Source of the DNA: Scenedesmus sp. PABB004
Taxonomy: Eukaryota
Assembly: GCA_014905635.1 (NCBI GenBank)
Contig: JABVCE010000023.1
Span: 310,001 to 374,000, forward strand
Length of the DNA stretch: 64,000 nucleotides
Direction: 5' to 3'
Below, piece after piece: positions 1 through 11,866 of this stretch; the first letter of the stretch is position 1, and each line of letters starts with the position of its first letter. The position numbers were made by a program, and so were the translations under genes. The notes beneath the pieces are model-generated. The model was not told where the DNA came from, ran no database searches, and was given only the letters and a program-made list of their open reading frames with translations.

Positions 1-1589
1 CTTGAGCCCGTTGCGCTCCAGCAGCTTCGTCAGCGGCGCCTGGGCGGCGCGCGGCGGCGCGGCGCGGCGGTCAGGCGGCGCCCCCGCGGCAGGCGGCCGG
101 CGCAGCGCGGCGCGGCGCACCGCGGCGCGCGCCCAGAAGTCCTGTGCCATCGCCTCGAACGCCTCGCGCGTGACGGAGCTCTGGAAGTCGCGGCCGCCGA
201 GCAGCTCCTCGACGCTGAACGGCGCGGCGGTGTTGGCCGACAGCACCTCCTTGGTGCGCCGCACCTGGCGCGCCAGCTTGGCCATGGCCTTGGGGTGGGG
301 CCTGCGCGGAGGGCGCGGCCGCAGCGGAGGTCGGCGCCGGCTGCAGCGGCGGCCGTGCTGGCGGGGCGGGCCGCACGCGGCGCGGCGCACGGGCGGCGCG
401 GCGCGCCCGCGCCCGCGCCGCGCTCACCGCACGTCGCCGCCGCCCTTCTCCTGGAACTCAGCGGCAAAGTGCTCCGCGAGCGCGGCGTCGAGCGCGGCGC
501 TGCCGAGCGCGTGGTCCCACTCGACGTCGAGCACCTCAAACTGGTTGGTCCCGCCCTTGCCGCCCCGCCCGCCGTGCGTGCTGTACTTGACCAGCGCCGC
601 CTCGGTCGACCCGCTGCCCATGTCGTACAGGAGAACCTGCCACGCGCGCGCACAGGCGCGGCACGGGCGCAGCGGCGGCAGCGGCGGCGGCGTGGGCGCG
701 CTGGCGACACGGCTGCCGCCGCCGCACCGCCGACGCGGCCGCCGCCGCCGCAGCCGCCGCCGCCGCCGCACGCCGTGCCGCGCGGGGGCCGCACCGTCTG
801 CTCCTTCTTGCTGAAGTCGCGCTCGATGCCATACTGCAGCGCCGCGGCGGCGTGGCCGTTGACGAGGCCCAGCACGTTGAGCCCGGCGAGCGCCGCGGCG
901 TCGATGAGCGCGGTGCGCTGCGCGACGCCAAACCAGGCAGGCACGACGACGACCGCGTCGACCACCGGCTCGCCCGCCTGCGCGTCCGTGATCTGCTTCG
1001 CGTAATGGAACAGCCCCGCCTGGCGGGGCGGCGGTCCGGGGGCGGCGGCGGCGGCGGCGGCTCGGCGCGCGCCGGCGGGCCAACCGCCGCCAACCGCTCA
1101 ACCGCGCCGCGCCGCGCGGCGCGCTGCGCGGCACCGCTCGCCGCGCACCACGAGCTCCTCCACCAGGTAGGCGTGGGTCTCGTTGACCTGGAGCGCCGCC
1201 GTGCCGGTGCGGGGGTCGTCGACGACCTTGTAGGGCAGGCGGTGCTCCGACAGCAGCCGCGCCGTCTCGGCGTCCGCCGCGGAGCGGCCGAGCAGGTTGC
1301 GCAGCTGGCTGAAGATGAGCCCCGGGTAGCGCACGCCCAGGGAGAAGGCCTCCTCGCCCAGCACGCGCCCGCCCTCGACGAGGCCGACCAGCGCGGGGCT
1401 CCTGCGCCTGCTCATCTCGTTCACCACGATGCTGATGGGCGTGCGGCCGGGCTTGACGAGGCAGACCTTGAGGTACTCGCTGCCCAGGTCGATGGCCATC
1501 AGCGAGGCCGACGCGCCGAGCAGCGCGGCGCCGAGGAGCGCGCCAATCAGCAGCAGCCGGCAGCCCGGCGCACCACCACTGCGCGCCAT
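1..1589 (-). CDS. ER-lumenal HSP70-family chaperone/nucleotide exchange factor (HYOU1/GRP170/HSP70-17-like), multi-exon, 3' end runs off the window start
   Basis: ATG at 1589. Signal peptide (LLLIGALLGAALLGASA), then MAIDLGSEYLKVCLVKPGRTPISIVVNEMSRRRSP, DAVVVVPAWFGVAQR, AAALQYGIERDF, VLLYDMGSGST and KEVLSANTAAP, all typical of the GRP170/HYOU1 ATPase domain. GT-AG introns lie between the blocks. Confidence 0.9.
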
Positions 1590-2396
1590 CGCTGTCCCCT
1601 GCGCGTCGCTAGCTCAGCGGGTCATGACGCGTTCGCAGCCGGGGCGCGGCGGGTTGGTGTGGCGCGGGGGCGTCGCAGGGCGGGGGCTTGTGCAACCTGC
1701 ACTGCTGTCCAGAGCCCTCCAGACCCTGGGGCCTGACGGTCGCAAGGCCCCGATCAGCGCGCACGCAGGCCCTCCCAGCAGGCTCCCCAGCAGATGGAGC
1801 GCAGTCCCCGCGCGCCGCGCGGCCCTGGCTCGCCGCCGCGCCCCCCGCGCGGTGCCGGCGGCGGGCACGCGCGCGGCGGGCGGTTCGGCCGGGCGCCGGC
1901 GCGCGAGGCACGCAGGAGATCAGCACGCCGGCGCCCACGCACCACGGGAACGCGGCGCGTGCTGTGCCGAGCGTGGCGGCGGCGGCGCGGTGAGACGGCG
2001 TCTGCGCCCGCGCGCCCGCGCGCTGGCGTCAATGGGATGGCTCCTGGCCAGCCCCCGCGACCGGGGAGCGCCTGGGCGAGAGCGTAACCGGGGCCCTGTG
2101 CCCTGCTCGCGCCCGCTCAGCGTCCGTCGCTTGCCGCAGGCTGCGCACTGGCCACCAGGCATTCCGTAAACCACGTCCGTGGCGGTCCCGCAGGCTCGCT
2201 CGCGCGCTCGCCCGCGCCGACCTCGCGAGCCCGCCGGGACTGGCGACCCGTCGCCTCAGGCGCTCCCAGCTGCGCCCACGGCCCCGACGCCAGCTCTCCA
2301 CGCACCGCTCGGCCGGCGCGCCGTTTCCATGCCGGCGCGGGCGGCGGGCGCCGCGGGCAGCAGCCGCGGCGCAAACACTGCCTGAGCGGGGTCGGC

Positions 2397-5366
2397 ATGG
2401 CCGCTGTCGCGGCCGGCGGGGCCCACTGGGCCGGCGCGCCCGGCGCCGGGCGCGCGGGCGCGCTGCGGCGCCGCGCGGCGCCGTGGCTGGTGCCGCCGCT
2501 GCTGCTGCTGCTGATGATGATGATGATGCGCCTGGCGGCCGCGGCGCCGGCTGGCGGCGACGCCGCCGTCGCCTACATCGGCGGCGGCTCGCCGACGACG
2601 CTGGTGGAGGCGCTGCAGAACTCGACCGTGTCGCGCATCGAGCTGCTCGGCGACTATGACGCCGGGCCGGAGCTCGCGCCGTACCAGGGGCGCGCGGTCA
2701 ACATCACGCGGTGCGCGGCGCGGCGCGCGCGCGCAGCCGCGGCGGCGGCGACCGCGGCCGGCGCCGGCGCCGGCGGCGGCGCCCGCGCCTCACCCCGGAA
2801 CTCGCGCGCCGCCGCCGCCGCCCCCGCCCGCGCCGGCGCACCAGGAATGTGACCATCTCGGCCGCGCCCGGCGCCGTGTGGCCGCAGCTGGACCTCGGCT
2901 TTGCGTGGGAGGCGGTGGAGCTGTGCGCGCGCTGCGTGTTTGCCTTTGACGGCGCCTTTGCGGTCGCGAACGAGCGGCGGGGGACCAACCCGAGCTTCGA
3001 CCTTTTTGTGGGCCGCCCCGGCAGCGTGCTGCTCGCGCGCGACATGTACCGCCTGCGCCTCGCGTGCACGCCCGTGAGCGAGAGCGCCGAGACGCTGCTC
3101 CTGCTGCCGCGCAGCCCGCTGCTGCCGGGCGCGGCGGCGCGGCAGGACGTCGGCCGCGCCAACGTGAGCTACCGCGGCCGCGACTACCCGGACTCGCTGC
3201 TGCTGACCGACGTCACGTTCGACGTGGCCGCCACGCACGACGAGGGCCGAGGCATGCGGGGCGGGTACGCGCAGGGCCTCACCAACGTCGTGCGCCTCTG
3301 CCAGCGCACCGCGACGCCCGAGTGCCTGCTCTCGCGCGGCAGCGAGGTCTGCATCGTGGAGCTCATGGACGCGGCGCTCGCAGAGGCGGCCGCCGCCCCG
3401 CCGCCCCGCGGCCTGGCGCCGGGCGCGCTCGGCGCCGCGATCGCCGTGCCGCTCGCCGCCGGTGCGCGCGCCGCCGGCGCCCGCGCCCGCGCCCGCCCGC
3501 GCCCGCCTGCCGCCCGCCGGTGCGCTCACCCCGCGCACGCCCCCCGCGCCGCCCGCGCGCTGCAGTGGCGCTGCTGGGCGCGGCGCTGCTGGTCTGGCGC
3601 CGCCGCCGGCGGGCCGCGAGCCCCGAGCAGAAGCGCTCCGGCTTTGGCCCCATGCAGCGCGCGCGCAGCATGCCGGGGCGCACGAGCAGGGGCTCCAGCG
3701 GCCTGGGCCGCGACGACAGCGGCGGGTGAGGCCGCGCAGGGGCGCGCTGCCGCGCCAGGCCGCCCGCTCCAGCTGCTCACGCGCCGCGCCGCGCCGCGCC
3801 GCGCCGCCGTGCCCCGGCCCGCCAGCGACCTGACCTGGGCGGGCAAGGGCTGGGAGCTGTACGACAGCTTCTGCTCCCCGATGCTGCCGGAGGGCAGCGA
3901 GCGCTGCGACGTTGAGCTCGGTGCGCGGCGCGCCCGCGCGGGGCCGGGCCGGGCGAGCGCGATGCCGACGCACGCCCCCGCGCGCGCCGCAGCCCTCAAT
4001 CCCGCCCGCGCCCGCGCCGCGCTGCGCCGCAGGCGAGCTGATCGGCACCGGCGCGTACGGGCGCGTGTATCGCGCGCGCTGGCGTGGCGGCGACGTGGCG
4101 GTCAAGTGCATGGAGCACGACGCCGCGGCGGTGGCGAGCGTCGCGAACGAGGTGGGCGCGGCGCCCTCGCCGCGCGCGCGCACACGCGCCGGCAGCGCCC
4201 GCGCCGCGCCGCGCCCGTGCCCGCGGCGCTGCGCTGCGCGCCCTGCGCCGCGTCGACCGCGCCGCGCCGCGCGCGCGCCCCGCGCAACCCAGGTGCACAT
4301 CGTGATGAGCTTTGCCAGCCCCTACATCGTGCGCGCGTACGCGTGCTACACCTTTGTGCGCACCTGCGCCAACGACTCGAGCGGGGACGAGTACTCCATC
4401 CTCGCCGCGCCCGGGCCGCCGGGCGCGTACGGCGGCTACGGCGGCCTCGGCGGCGGCGCGCCGCTCGCGCCGCGGCTGTCCAGCTTCTCGGGCGCGCTCA
4501 ACCTGGGGCGCGTCATGGAGGGCGCGCTGGCGGGCGGCGCGGCGGCGCTGCCGCCCACGCGCAGCAGCGGCCCGGAGGCCGAGCTCGCGCGGCTGGGCAC
4601 GCTGTCGGGCAGCGGCGGGCTGGAGACCGCGAGCGGCATGCACAGCAGCCGCTCCTCGGGCGGCCGCGCCGCGGCGGCGGACGGGGTGAGCATGTACGCG
4701 ACGTGGCTGGTGCAGGAGCTGTGCGACCGGGGGACGCTGCGGGGCTACGTAGCGCGGTGAGCGCGCCGCCGCGCCGCGCGCGCGCACGGGCGACGCCCCG
4801 CGGCCGCCGCCCGACCGCCGCCGCCTGGCCGCCGCCGCCCGACCGCCGCCGCCGCCACGGCGCGCCGCGCGTCGCGCAGGTGCGACCTGCCCGCGCGCGT
4901 CGGCCACGAGCCCGCCGCGCAGCGCCAGCTGCTGCTGCTGCTGCTCGACACGGCGCGGGGGCTGGCGGCGCTGCACGCGCGCAACGTGGTGCACGGCGAC
5001 CTCTGCGGCCGCAACGTGCTCGTCACGTCGGACGCCGACGCGCCGTGGGGCGTGCGCGCGCTCATCAGCGACCTGGGGCTCAGCCGGGGCCTGCAGATCA
5101 ACAAGACCCACCACTCGACCGCCACGCTCGGCACGATCAGCCACCAGGCGCCCGAGCTGCTGCGCTACGGCCGCCTCGGCACCGCGGCGGACGTGTACGC
5201 GTGGGCCATCACCGCGTGGGAGCTCTGGACCGGGCTCGACGCGTTCAGCAAGCTCAGCTACGGCCAGTTCTTCCAGGTCGTGGTGCTGCAGGACATACGG
5301 CCGCTGCCGCCCGCAGACATGGCGCACGACTACGCCACACTCATCGCGCACGCATGGCAAGCCGCC

Positions 5367-5397
<31 letters not shown>

Positions 5398-5937
5398 GCA
5401 GCGCCGCGCCGCGCAGCGCCGCCGCCGCGCAGCGCCGCCGCCGCTGAGCGCCCGAACCGCGGCCGCCGCCGCAGGGCGACCGACCCCAGCGACCGGCCCA
5501 CCATGGTGGAGGTGATTGAGGCCCTGGAGCACTGCGTCCGCGTGCGCACCGGCGAGCCACAGGGCGGCGCGCCGCCCGCGCCGCCCGCGCTGCTGCTGCG
5601 CACGCCGCCGGCGCGGCACGCCTGGGCCGTGCGCGAGCAGGCGCCGCCGGCCGGGCCGCCGGCCGGGCGCGCGGTGCCGGCGGCTGCCGACGGCAGCACC
5701 CACAGCGCTGTGGGCGGCTACAGCAGCTCGCCGCCCCTGTCGTCCTACTTTGGCGCGCCTCCGGGGCCCCCTGCGGGCGCGGCGCCGGCGGCGGCAGACG
5801 CCGACGCCGCTGGCGGGCCAGGGCCCGCGTCGGACCAGGGCTCGCGCGAGCAGCTGCCCTGGCCCAGCCAAGGCGAGGGCGCCGCCGAGCAGTCCTGGAA
5901 CAGCCAGCTCGTCCAGCACGGCAACTGGTTTGTGTGA
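2397..5937 (+). CDS. Single-pass receptor-like protein kinase (TKL/MLK-like kinase domain, Cys-containing ectodomain), multi-exon
   Basis: N-terminal hydrophobic signal (LLLLLMMMMM), ectodomain, TM segment (GAAIAVPLAA..VALLGAALLVW RRRRR). Kinase motifs: GTGAYGRVY, VAVK, LVQELCDRG, HGDLCGRN, SDLGLS, HQAPE, DVYAWAI, W-ATDPSDRPTM. Stop TGA at 5935-5937. Confidence 0.85.
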
Positions 5938-6720
5938 CTTTGCTTCGTCTGCAGCGGCACGGCAGGGCAGCGGCGACTCGGCGCTTCCTGGGCGTGCCTT
6001 GAACTGCCGCCGCGCCCGCGCCCTACTGCGCGCCGGCGCCGCCGTCGGCGGTGTTTTGTGCCTCCACGCCCCTGCCTCCGCACCCACGGCACGCACTCTC
6101 TCCAGCTCGGGAAGCATTGGTGCGGCCAATCCCACCCTCCGGCCCGCTTTGGGCGGCTGGGAGGCGGGGCGCGTCTGTCGCACCGACAGGCGCACAACCT
6201 AAACCTCGGGGGCTGCATTCGTCGATGTTTTGTCGGTGGCGGCAGGCGCCCAGGCGCGTTGGCAGTTGCGGCGCGCTGGCCCGCGGCGCTTTTGCGCAGC
6301 TGCTGCTGCTCGCAGCGGCTGGCCTCTGAGGAAGGCAGCGGGGAAGGGAGTGCGCGGCGTCGCACCACAGGCCTTTCATTCTTGGCACTCACTCGGATCT
6401 GGGTGGCCCTGACACGCGCTGACCGCGGCCGCCAAGCTCGCGGCCACCAGAACCAAGGGCTGCCCTGCACTGCGGCGGCCCGGAACAGCGAGGGTGGCGG
6501 ACTGCGCGCTGCGCGCCGCGACAGGCCTGTCGCTCGGCCGACAATTCCTTCCCGTCGGGTGCAAATGCACCCGGCGCCACTCGGGGCGGCGGCGTCCCGA
6601 CGGGGGCGCCCTCGTCGCGTGCGCGAGGACTGAGCTCAGCATATGCATGCATGCAACATGACATGCACCCCCCCCCCCCCGTCACGGCCGCCCGCCCGCG
6701 CACGCCGTGCCGCGCCGCGC

Positions 6721-8439
6721 TCAAGCCGCGCCGCCGCCGCCGCGCACGGCCTCCAGCACCGCGCTGAAGTCGTCGTCGCCGCGCCCCGCGCCGCGCGCGC
6801 GGACGTAGAGGTCGTTTGCCGCGCCGATCACGCCGAGCGGCTGCCCCGCCGCGTCGGCCGCGGCGAGCGCGAGGCGCAGGTCCTTCTGCTGGTGCTTGAG
6901 CGGGAAGGCGGTCGGGTACTTGCCCGCCGCCATGGCGGGGCCCTTGAGCGCGTACATCGGACACCTGGCGCGGCGCGGCGCGGCGGGGCGTGGGCGGGGC
7001 GCGCACCAGGGCGCCTGGTGGGGCGCGCGCACGCGGCGCGCGGGGCCCGGTCGCGCGGCGCGGCGTGTGCTGCGCCGCGGGCTCACGCGATGGCACCGAG
7101 GCCGACGACGTCAATTACGTCCTTTGACTCCAGGCCCAGCTGCGCGCGGGGGCGCCGCGCGCGCCGGCACCGCGCGTGGGCGGCGCCGCGCCGGCCGGCC
7201 GGCTGCCGCGCGCCGCGCTGCGCGCCCGCGCCCCCCGCCGCGCCTTGTCCGCGAGCGCTAGGCCCTCGGCGAAGCCCGCCATCTGCGCGCCCATGATGGC
7301 GTTGACCACGAGCTTCATGCGCGCGCCCGCGCCCACGGGGCCGAGGAAGAAGCTCGCCTTGCCCATCACGCCCAGCGGGCCGCCCGCAGCGGCGTACAGC
7401 GCCTCGTCGCCTGGCGGCGCGGCCGGCGCGCGGCGCGCGGCGCGGTCAGTCGCCCCCTGCAGGGCGAGGGGGCGCGCGCCGCGCCGCGCGCAGGCCTGCA
7501 CGCCGCCTGCGCCGCGCCGCCGCGCAGGCCTGCGTGCTGTGCTGCCGCGCCGCACCGGCGGTGAGGAAGATGAGCGCGCCCTGCTCCGCGGGGCCCTTGC
7601 TGCCAGACACGGGCGCCTCGAGGTACTGCGCGCCCGCCGCCCGCACCGCGCCCGCCACGGCGCCCGCGGTCGCGGGGTCGATGGTCGACACGTCGACGTA
7701 GCCCTTGCCCGGCGACAGGCCTGCGCGGCGGGCGCGCGCGCACGGCGTGCGCCGCCGCGCGGCGTGGTCACGCCCGCAGCCGCCGCGGCCGCAGCGCGGC
7801 GCGGCGCCCCGCCGGCGGCGGCCGCCCGGCCGCGCCGGCGCGCGCGCGCACCCTCGCACACGCCCCCCGGGCCGGTGGCGACCTCAAGCGCGGCGGGCGG
7901 GTCTGAGAGCATCGCAAACGTGATGTCCGCCGCGCGCGCCACGTCGGCGGGGCTCGCCGCGACGGCCGCGCCCGCAGCCCGGAGCGGCTCGCACTTGTCC
8001 GCGGAGCGGTTCCACACCACCACCTTGTACCCCGCCTTGACAAGGTTCAGCGCCTGGCACCACCGCGCGCGGGGCGGCCGCGGTCGCCGGCCGAGCGCGG
8101 GCGCGCGGCGCGCCCGCGGTGCCCCCGGCACCGCTTGCAGCCGCGCCGGCGGCGGCGCACCATGGGGACGCCCATGATGCCCATGCCCACGAAGCCCAGC
8201 GTGGTGGACCCGGGCTCCGCCGTTGGCAGGGCGGCGCGGCAGGCGGTGCGGCGGGCGCGGCGCGCCGCGAGGCGTGGCAGCCCAGCGCCCGGCCGGGCCG
8301 GGGCGCGAGCGGTGGCGCCGCGGCCTGGTGGCATAGCCGCGCTGATCACGGAGCGGTGCAGCACAGGCCGAACGCCGGCCTGCCCGCGCCGCTGCGCAAG
8401 AGCAGTGCCGCGCCTGCTGGCCAAGCTGCTCGCCGCCAT
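6721..8439 (-). CDS. GLYR: Glyoxylate/succinic semialdehyde reductase (beta-hydroxyacid dehydrogenase family), probably organelle-targeted
   Basis: Exons give LGFVGMGIMG, VVVWNRS, FAMLSDP, YVDVSTID, LEAPVSGSKGPAEQG, GARMKLVVN and FPLKHQQKDLRLAL, which are GLYR hallmarks. The start at 8439 is inferred; an Ala/Arg/Ser-rich transit-like N-terminus follows it. Confidence 0.9.
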
Positions 8440-8467
8440 TCGCGCTGGCTGCGCGGGGTCTACAATT

Positions 8468-9023
8468 GCCGGGGCGCGGCCCTGTCGGCCGGGACGGCCA
8501 GCTGCGGCGCCCGCGCCGCGCGCTGGACGGACGGTGGTCGCGGCGGCGGCGCGGCGGCGGCGGCTGGCGATCGTGCGCGGCGGTGGTGCGCCGGGCGCGG
8601 CCGATGGCGCGGGAGAGAGGTCGGCGGGTGGTGGGCCGCCAGGCGGCGCGGCGGCGTGCCGTTAGCTGCCTGGACGGGGCGGGCGGCGTCGCTGTGTTGC
8701 GCCCGGGCGCACGCGCCCACGCGCGGGCGCACGTCCGCAGCGCACGCCACCGCCAGCCAGCCCGGGCGGCAGTCAACGGTCAAGCCCCGGGAGGCCCCGG
8801 CTCGGCGGCACCGCGCCCGGAGCCCGTCCCGGCACGCGCCCCGAGAGCGGCCGGCCGGCGCCGCGCGGCGCGGCGGCGGGCGGCGCGCACGTTGCCAGAA
8901 CGCCAGTGGGATCACAAACCGCGTCGCCTAAACCCCATCTGGCCTGTGACCACGCTGGCCGCGCCCAAAGGCACCCGCACCCCGCCGGACGAGCACCCCC
9001 CACCCCAGTTGTTGCCGTGAGGA
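8468..9023. repeat. Copy A of a ~550 bp direct segmental duplication (intergenic/promoter region)
   Basis: Near-identical to 11867-12412, e.g. GCCGGGGCGCGGCCCTGTCGG...GGGATCACAAACCGCGTCGCCTAAACCCCATCTGG...CCCCAGTTGTTGCCGTGAGGA in both copies, with a few substitutions and indels. Confidence 0.95.
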
Positions 9024-9067
9024 CTCTCCCGGCCCCCTCCCGGCCCCCTCCCCGCCTTGACACAACC

Positions 9068-11762
9068 ATGAGCTGAGCGCCGGGAGCTCCCGAGCGCCGG
9101 CGGGTGTCGCGCCGGCGAGCAGCGGCGCGCCGACTGACCGCCGCGCCGAGCTGCCGCCGCGCCGTCCGAGCTCCTCCGCCACGCGCCTGAGCCCCGAGCT
9201 GCTCACAGCGGTCTCCGCAGCTCGAGCGCACCCCTGCGTCGCCCAGCCAACACCGAGAGCGCGCCGAGCAGCGGGCGCCGCTGTCGGGTGCCGCCCGCGG
9301 CCGTGGTGCGGCTCGCCGCACAGCGCCCCGCAGGCAGCCACGGCGCAGCAGGCCGGGCGGCCGCTGTCCGCGGCGGGCGCGGGCGGTGGCGCGGCGGCGC
9401 CGTCGGCGTCGCGCGGCGGCGGCGAGGCGGGCAGCTGGGGCGCGCTCCAGCTCCAGCGGCTGCTGGAGGAGCAGCGACGGGCCGGCGGGCGCACTCGCCG
9501 GGGCAGCGATGCAGCGTCCGAGTCCAGCACGGCCGTGGAGGCGCGGCTGGGCGAGCTGCTCTCGGCGCCGCTGGCCGCGGCAGAGCGCGGCGCCGGCCCG
9601 GCGCCAGCTAGCAGCGGCGCCCTCGCCCTCACCGTGCGCAGGTGCGGGCTGCGGGGCGGCAGGGCTCCATGCGCAGCGCGGCTGCGGCACGCACACAGAG
9701 GCCACTGCGTGCCCAGCGCCCGCCGCGCCGCCGCAGGTTCAGGGGGTCTCCCAGCACCGGCGCTGGTGCCGTCGGGCGGCACGCCTCCCTCACCAGCCTT
9801 TGCGTGAGCGCTCAGGACGCCTCCGCGGCCGCGCCCCTGCGCGCCGGCGTCGACGGCGGCCCAGCGGGCGCTGGCGCCGCGCCTGCGCCTGTCGCTGGCG
9901 GCCGCGAGCGCAGCAGCAGCGGCACCGGCAGCTGGCCAGCACCAGCGCCCCTGGCGGCCAGCAGCAATGCCTCTGGTGGCCAGCCGCGGCGTGCCAGCCT
10001 GCTCGACAGCATGTGCGGCGCAGGAGCGGCACCGGCCGACCCCGACGGGCCAGCGGCCGGGCTGGCGGTGCAGCTGCCGCCGAGCCGCTTCCCGCAACAC
10101 AGCGGCACCGATGCGGCGATGCCGCCGCAGCCGGCAGCGGCCTGGGGGGCAACCGCGGGCCAGCAACAGGCCGCCGAGGCGCCGGCTCCCGAGCCGGCAG
10201 CACGGCGCGGCGGCGACGGCGCGGCGGCACGCGTGCTTGGGGCCTTGCGGCCGGCGGCAGCGCCCTGCAGCAGCCAGGCAGACGTTTTGAACGACGCGGA
10301 CATCCGGGACCTGCTCGGCGCGGTGGAGGCCTGCGTGGCGCGGCCCGCCGCAGGGCCCGGCCAGCCGCCGCCGCCGCCGCCGCCGCGCACGCCGCGCGTG
10401 CACTGGCACGACGTCAGCGCCGGCGGCGGCACGGCGAGCGACGCCGCAGCTGCGCCAGGGCTGCCCAGCAGCCCGCGCAAACGGCTGCCGGCACCGCTGC
10501 TCGAGGCGCACCGGCCGACGCAGCTGCTCGCCGCGGCGGGCGCAGGCCCACCTGCGGCGGCAGCTGGCGCGGCGGCGCCTGGCAGCGAGCGGCTGGCGCT
10601 GGCGGCGAGCGGCCTCGCCGCTGCAGCCGCCGCTGCCTGCGGCCTGCCCGAGCCCCTCACGGCGCTTCGCCGCGCAAGCATCAGCCTGCGCCCGAGCAGC
10701 AGCGACCCGCTGGGCGGCGAGGCGGCGGGCCCGGCCAGCGCCGCGGGGGTCGCGCCGGCGGCGTGTGCCCGCGCAGCCGGGGGCCAGACGACCGCCACGG
10801 GCCAGGCGCGGCTGTCCGGTTCTGGGGCATTTTGCTTCACCAGCGCCGTGGGCTTGCGGTGCAGCGCGGCGGCGACAGGCGCAGTGGCGCCGGCCGTAGC
10901 CCAGCCTCCCGTGGCGCCTGACGGCCAATCGGACGCCGCGTCCAGCTGCTGTGACGGCCAGTCGGACGTGTCAGCGCTCGCTCACCCAATGGCCTTCGCG
11001 GACACGCTACGCCGGCGCGTGGACCTGCACCTCGGGCCGGCGCCCGCTGCCAGCGCGCCGGCCGCGGAGGCGCCCGGCGGCGCCGACAGCCCCGTGACGC
11101 CGCGGCGCGCGGCGCAGGCGCTGGAGGAATTCTTTGCCGGCCGCGCGCCGCTGCAGCGGAAAGCAGGTGGGTGGCGCCCTGCGGCGCTGGCCCCGCAGCC
11201 GGGGTCGGGCCGAAGCGGGCGCGCGCGCGCTGGTCGCTGCGGCCGCCCGCCGAGCTCGGCCGCCGCTCCGCTGCGCTCCCTGCTTCCCTCGCCCCCACCA
11301 GCGCGCCTGAAGCAGAACCTGCAGCACCGCCAGCAGCAGCAGCTGTTTGAGCAGGCGAAGACCGCCTGCACCAGCGCGTGCGAGGCGGCGGCCGCTGCCG
11401 TCGGCGGCGGGCGCGCGCCAGCACCGGCGCCTGCCCGCGCGCCCCCGGCGGCCAGCCAAGGGCTCGGGCGGCGACTGCACGCGGCCGGCGCTGTGGGCGG
11501 CGGGCACCGCAGCAGCCTCAACGCGTCAGCGCCGCTGCGCCGCGCGCCGCTGCAGGCATCCGGCGGCGCCGCGCCGGGCTGGGGCACGCGCAGCCTGGGC
11601 AGCCAGCGCGCGGCGCCTGCGCCGGCAGGCGCAGCTCCCGCGACGAGCGAGGAGGGCGCCTGGTTTGTGGCGACGGTCAAGCACGACCTGGAGCGCGCGC
11701 TCACCCTCGCGCACGCCCCCCGGGCCACCGGCGGCGACCGCGAGCGCGGCGGGCGGGCCTGA
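9068..11762 (+). CDS. Orphan low-complexity (Ala/Pro/Ser/Gly-rich) protein, 2 exons; apparent 1-nt frameshift just after the ATG
   Basis: Open frame ~9070-9641 (ELSAGSS...LQRLLEEQRR...LTVRR), a GT..AG intron at ~9642-9736, then a long frame to TGA 11760-11762 (..DADIRDLLGAVEAC..ALEEFFAG..WFVATVKHDLERAL..). ACAACCATG at 9062-9070 is one base out of frame. No recognisable domain. Confidence 0.5.
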
Positions 11763-11792
11763 GGGCATCGCAAACGTGATGCCTGCTGCGCG
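11695..11792 (-). pseudogene. Diverged fragment of a GLYR exon (copy of ~7843-7936)
   Basis: CACCCTCGCGCACGCCCCCCGGGCC...GCATCGCAAACGTGATG aligns with GLYR 7849-7925 (ITFAMLSDPPAA..GGVCEG exon), with substitutions and a 3-nt insertion. Confidence 0.85.
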
Positions 11793-11866
11793 GCGGCGGG
11801 GCTGGCTGACGGCGCCGTGCCCGGGCCCTGAGCGGCCCGCACTCGGAGCACGCGCGGGCTGGGATC

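Noticed and set aside
5938..6720. Less GC-rich stretch between the kinase and GLYR as a possible ncRNA or extra gene
   Set aside because: No tRNA/snRNA motif or coding signal is recognisable. It is best explained as convergent 3' UTRs.
9068..9076. ATG-AGC-TGA mini-ORF (possible uORF or pseudogenised start) at the orphan gene
   Set aside because: Adding one G (ATG GAG CTG) opens the frame. The same single-base loss is seen at other loci in the window, so an assembly error is more likely. Raw reads are needed.
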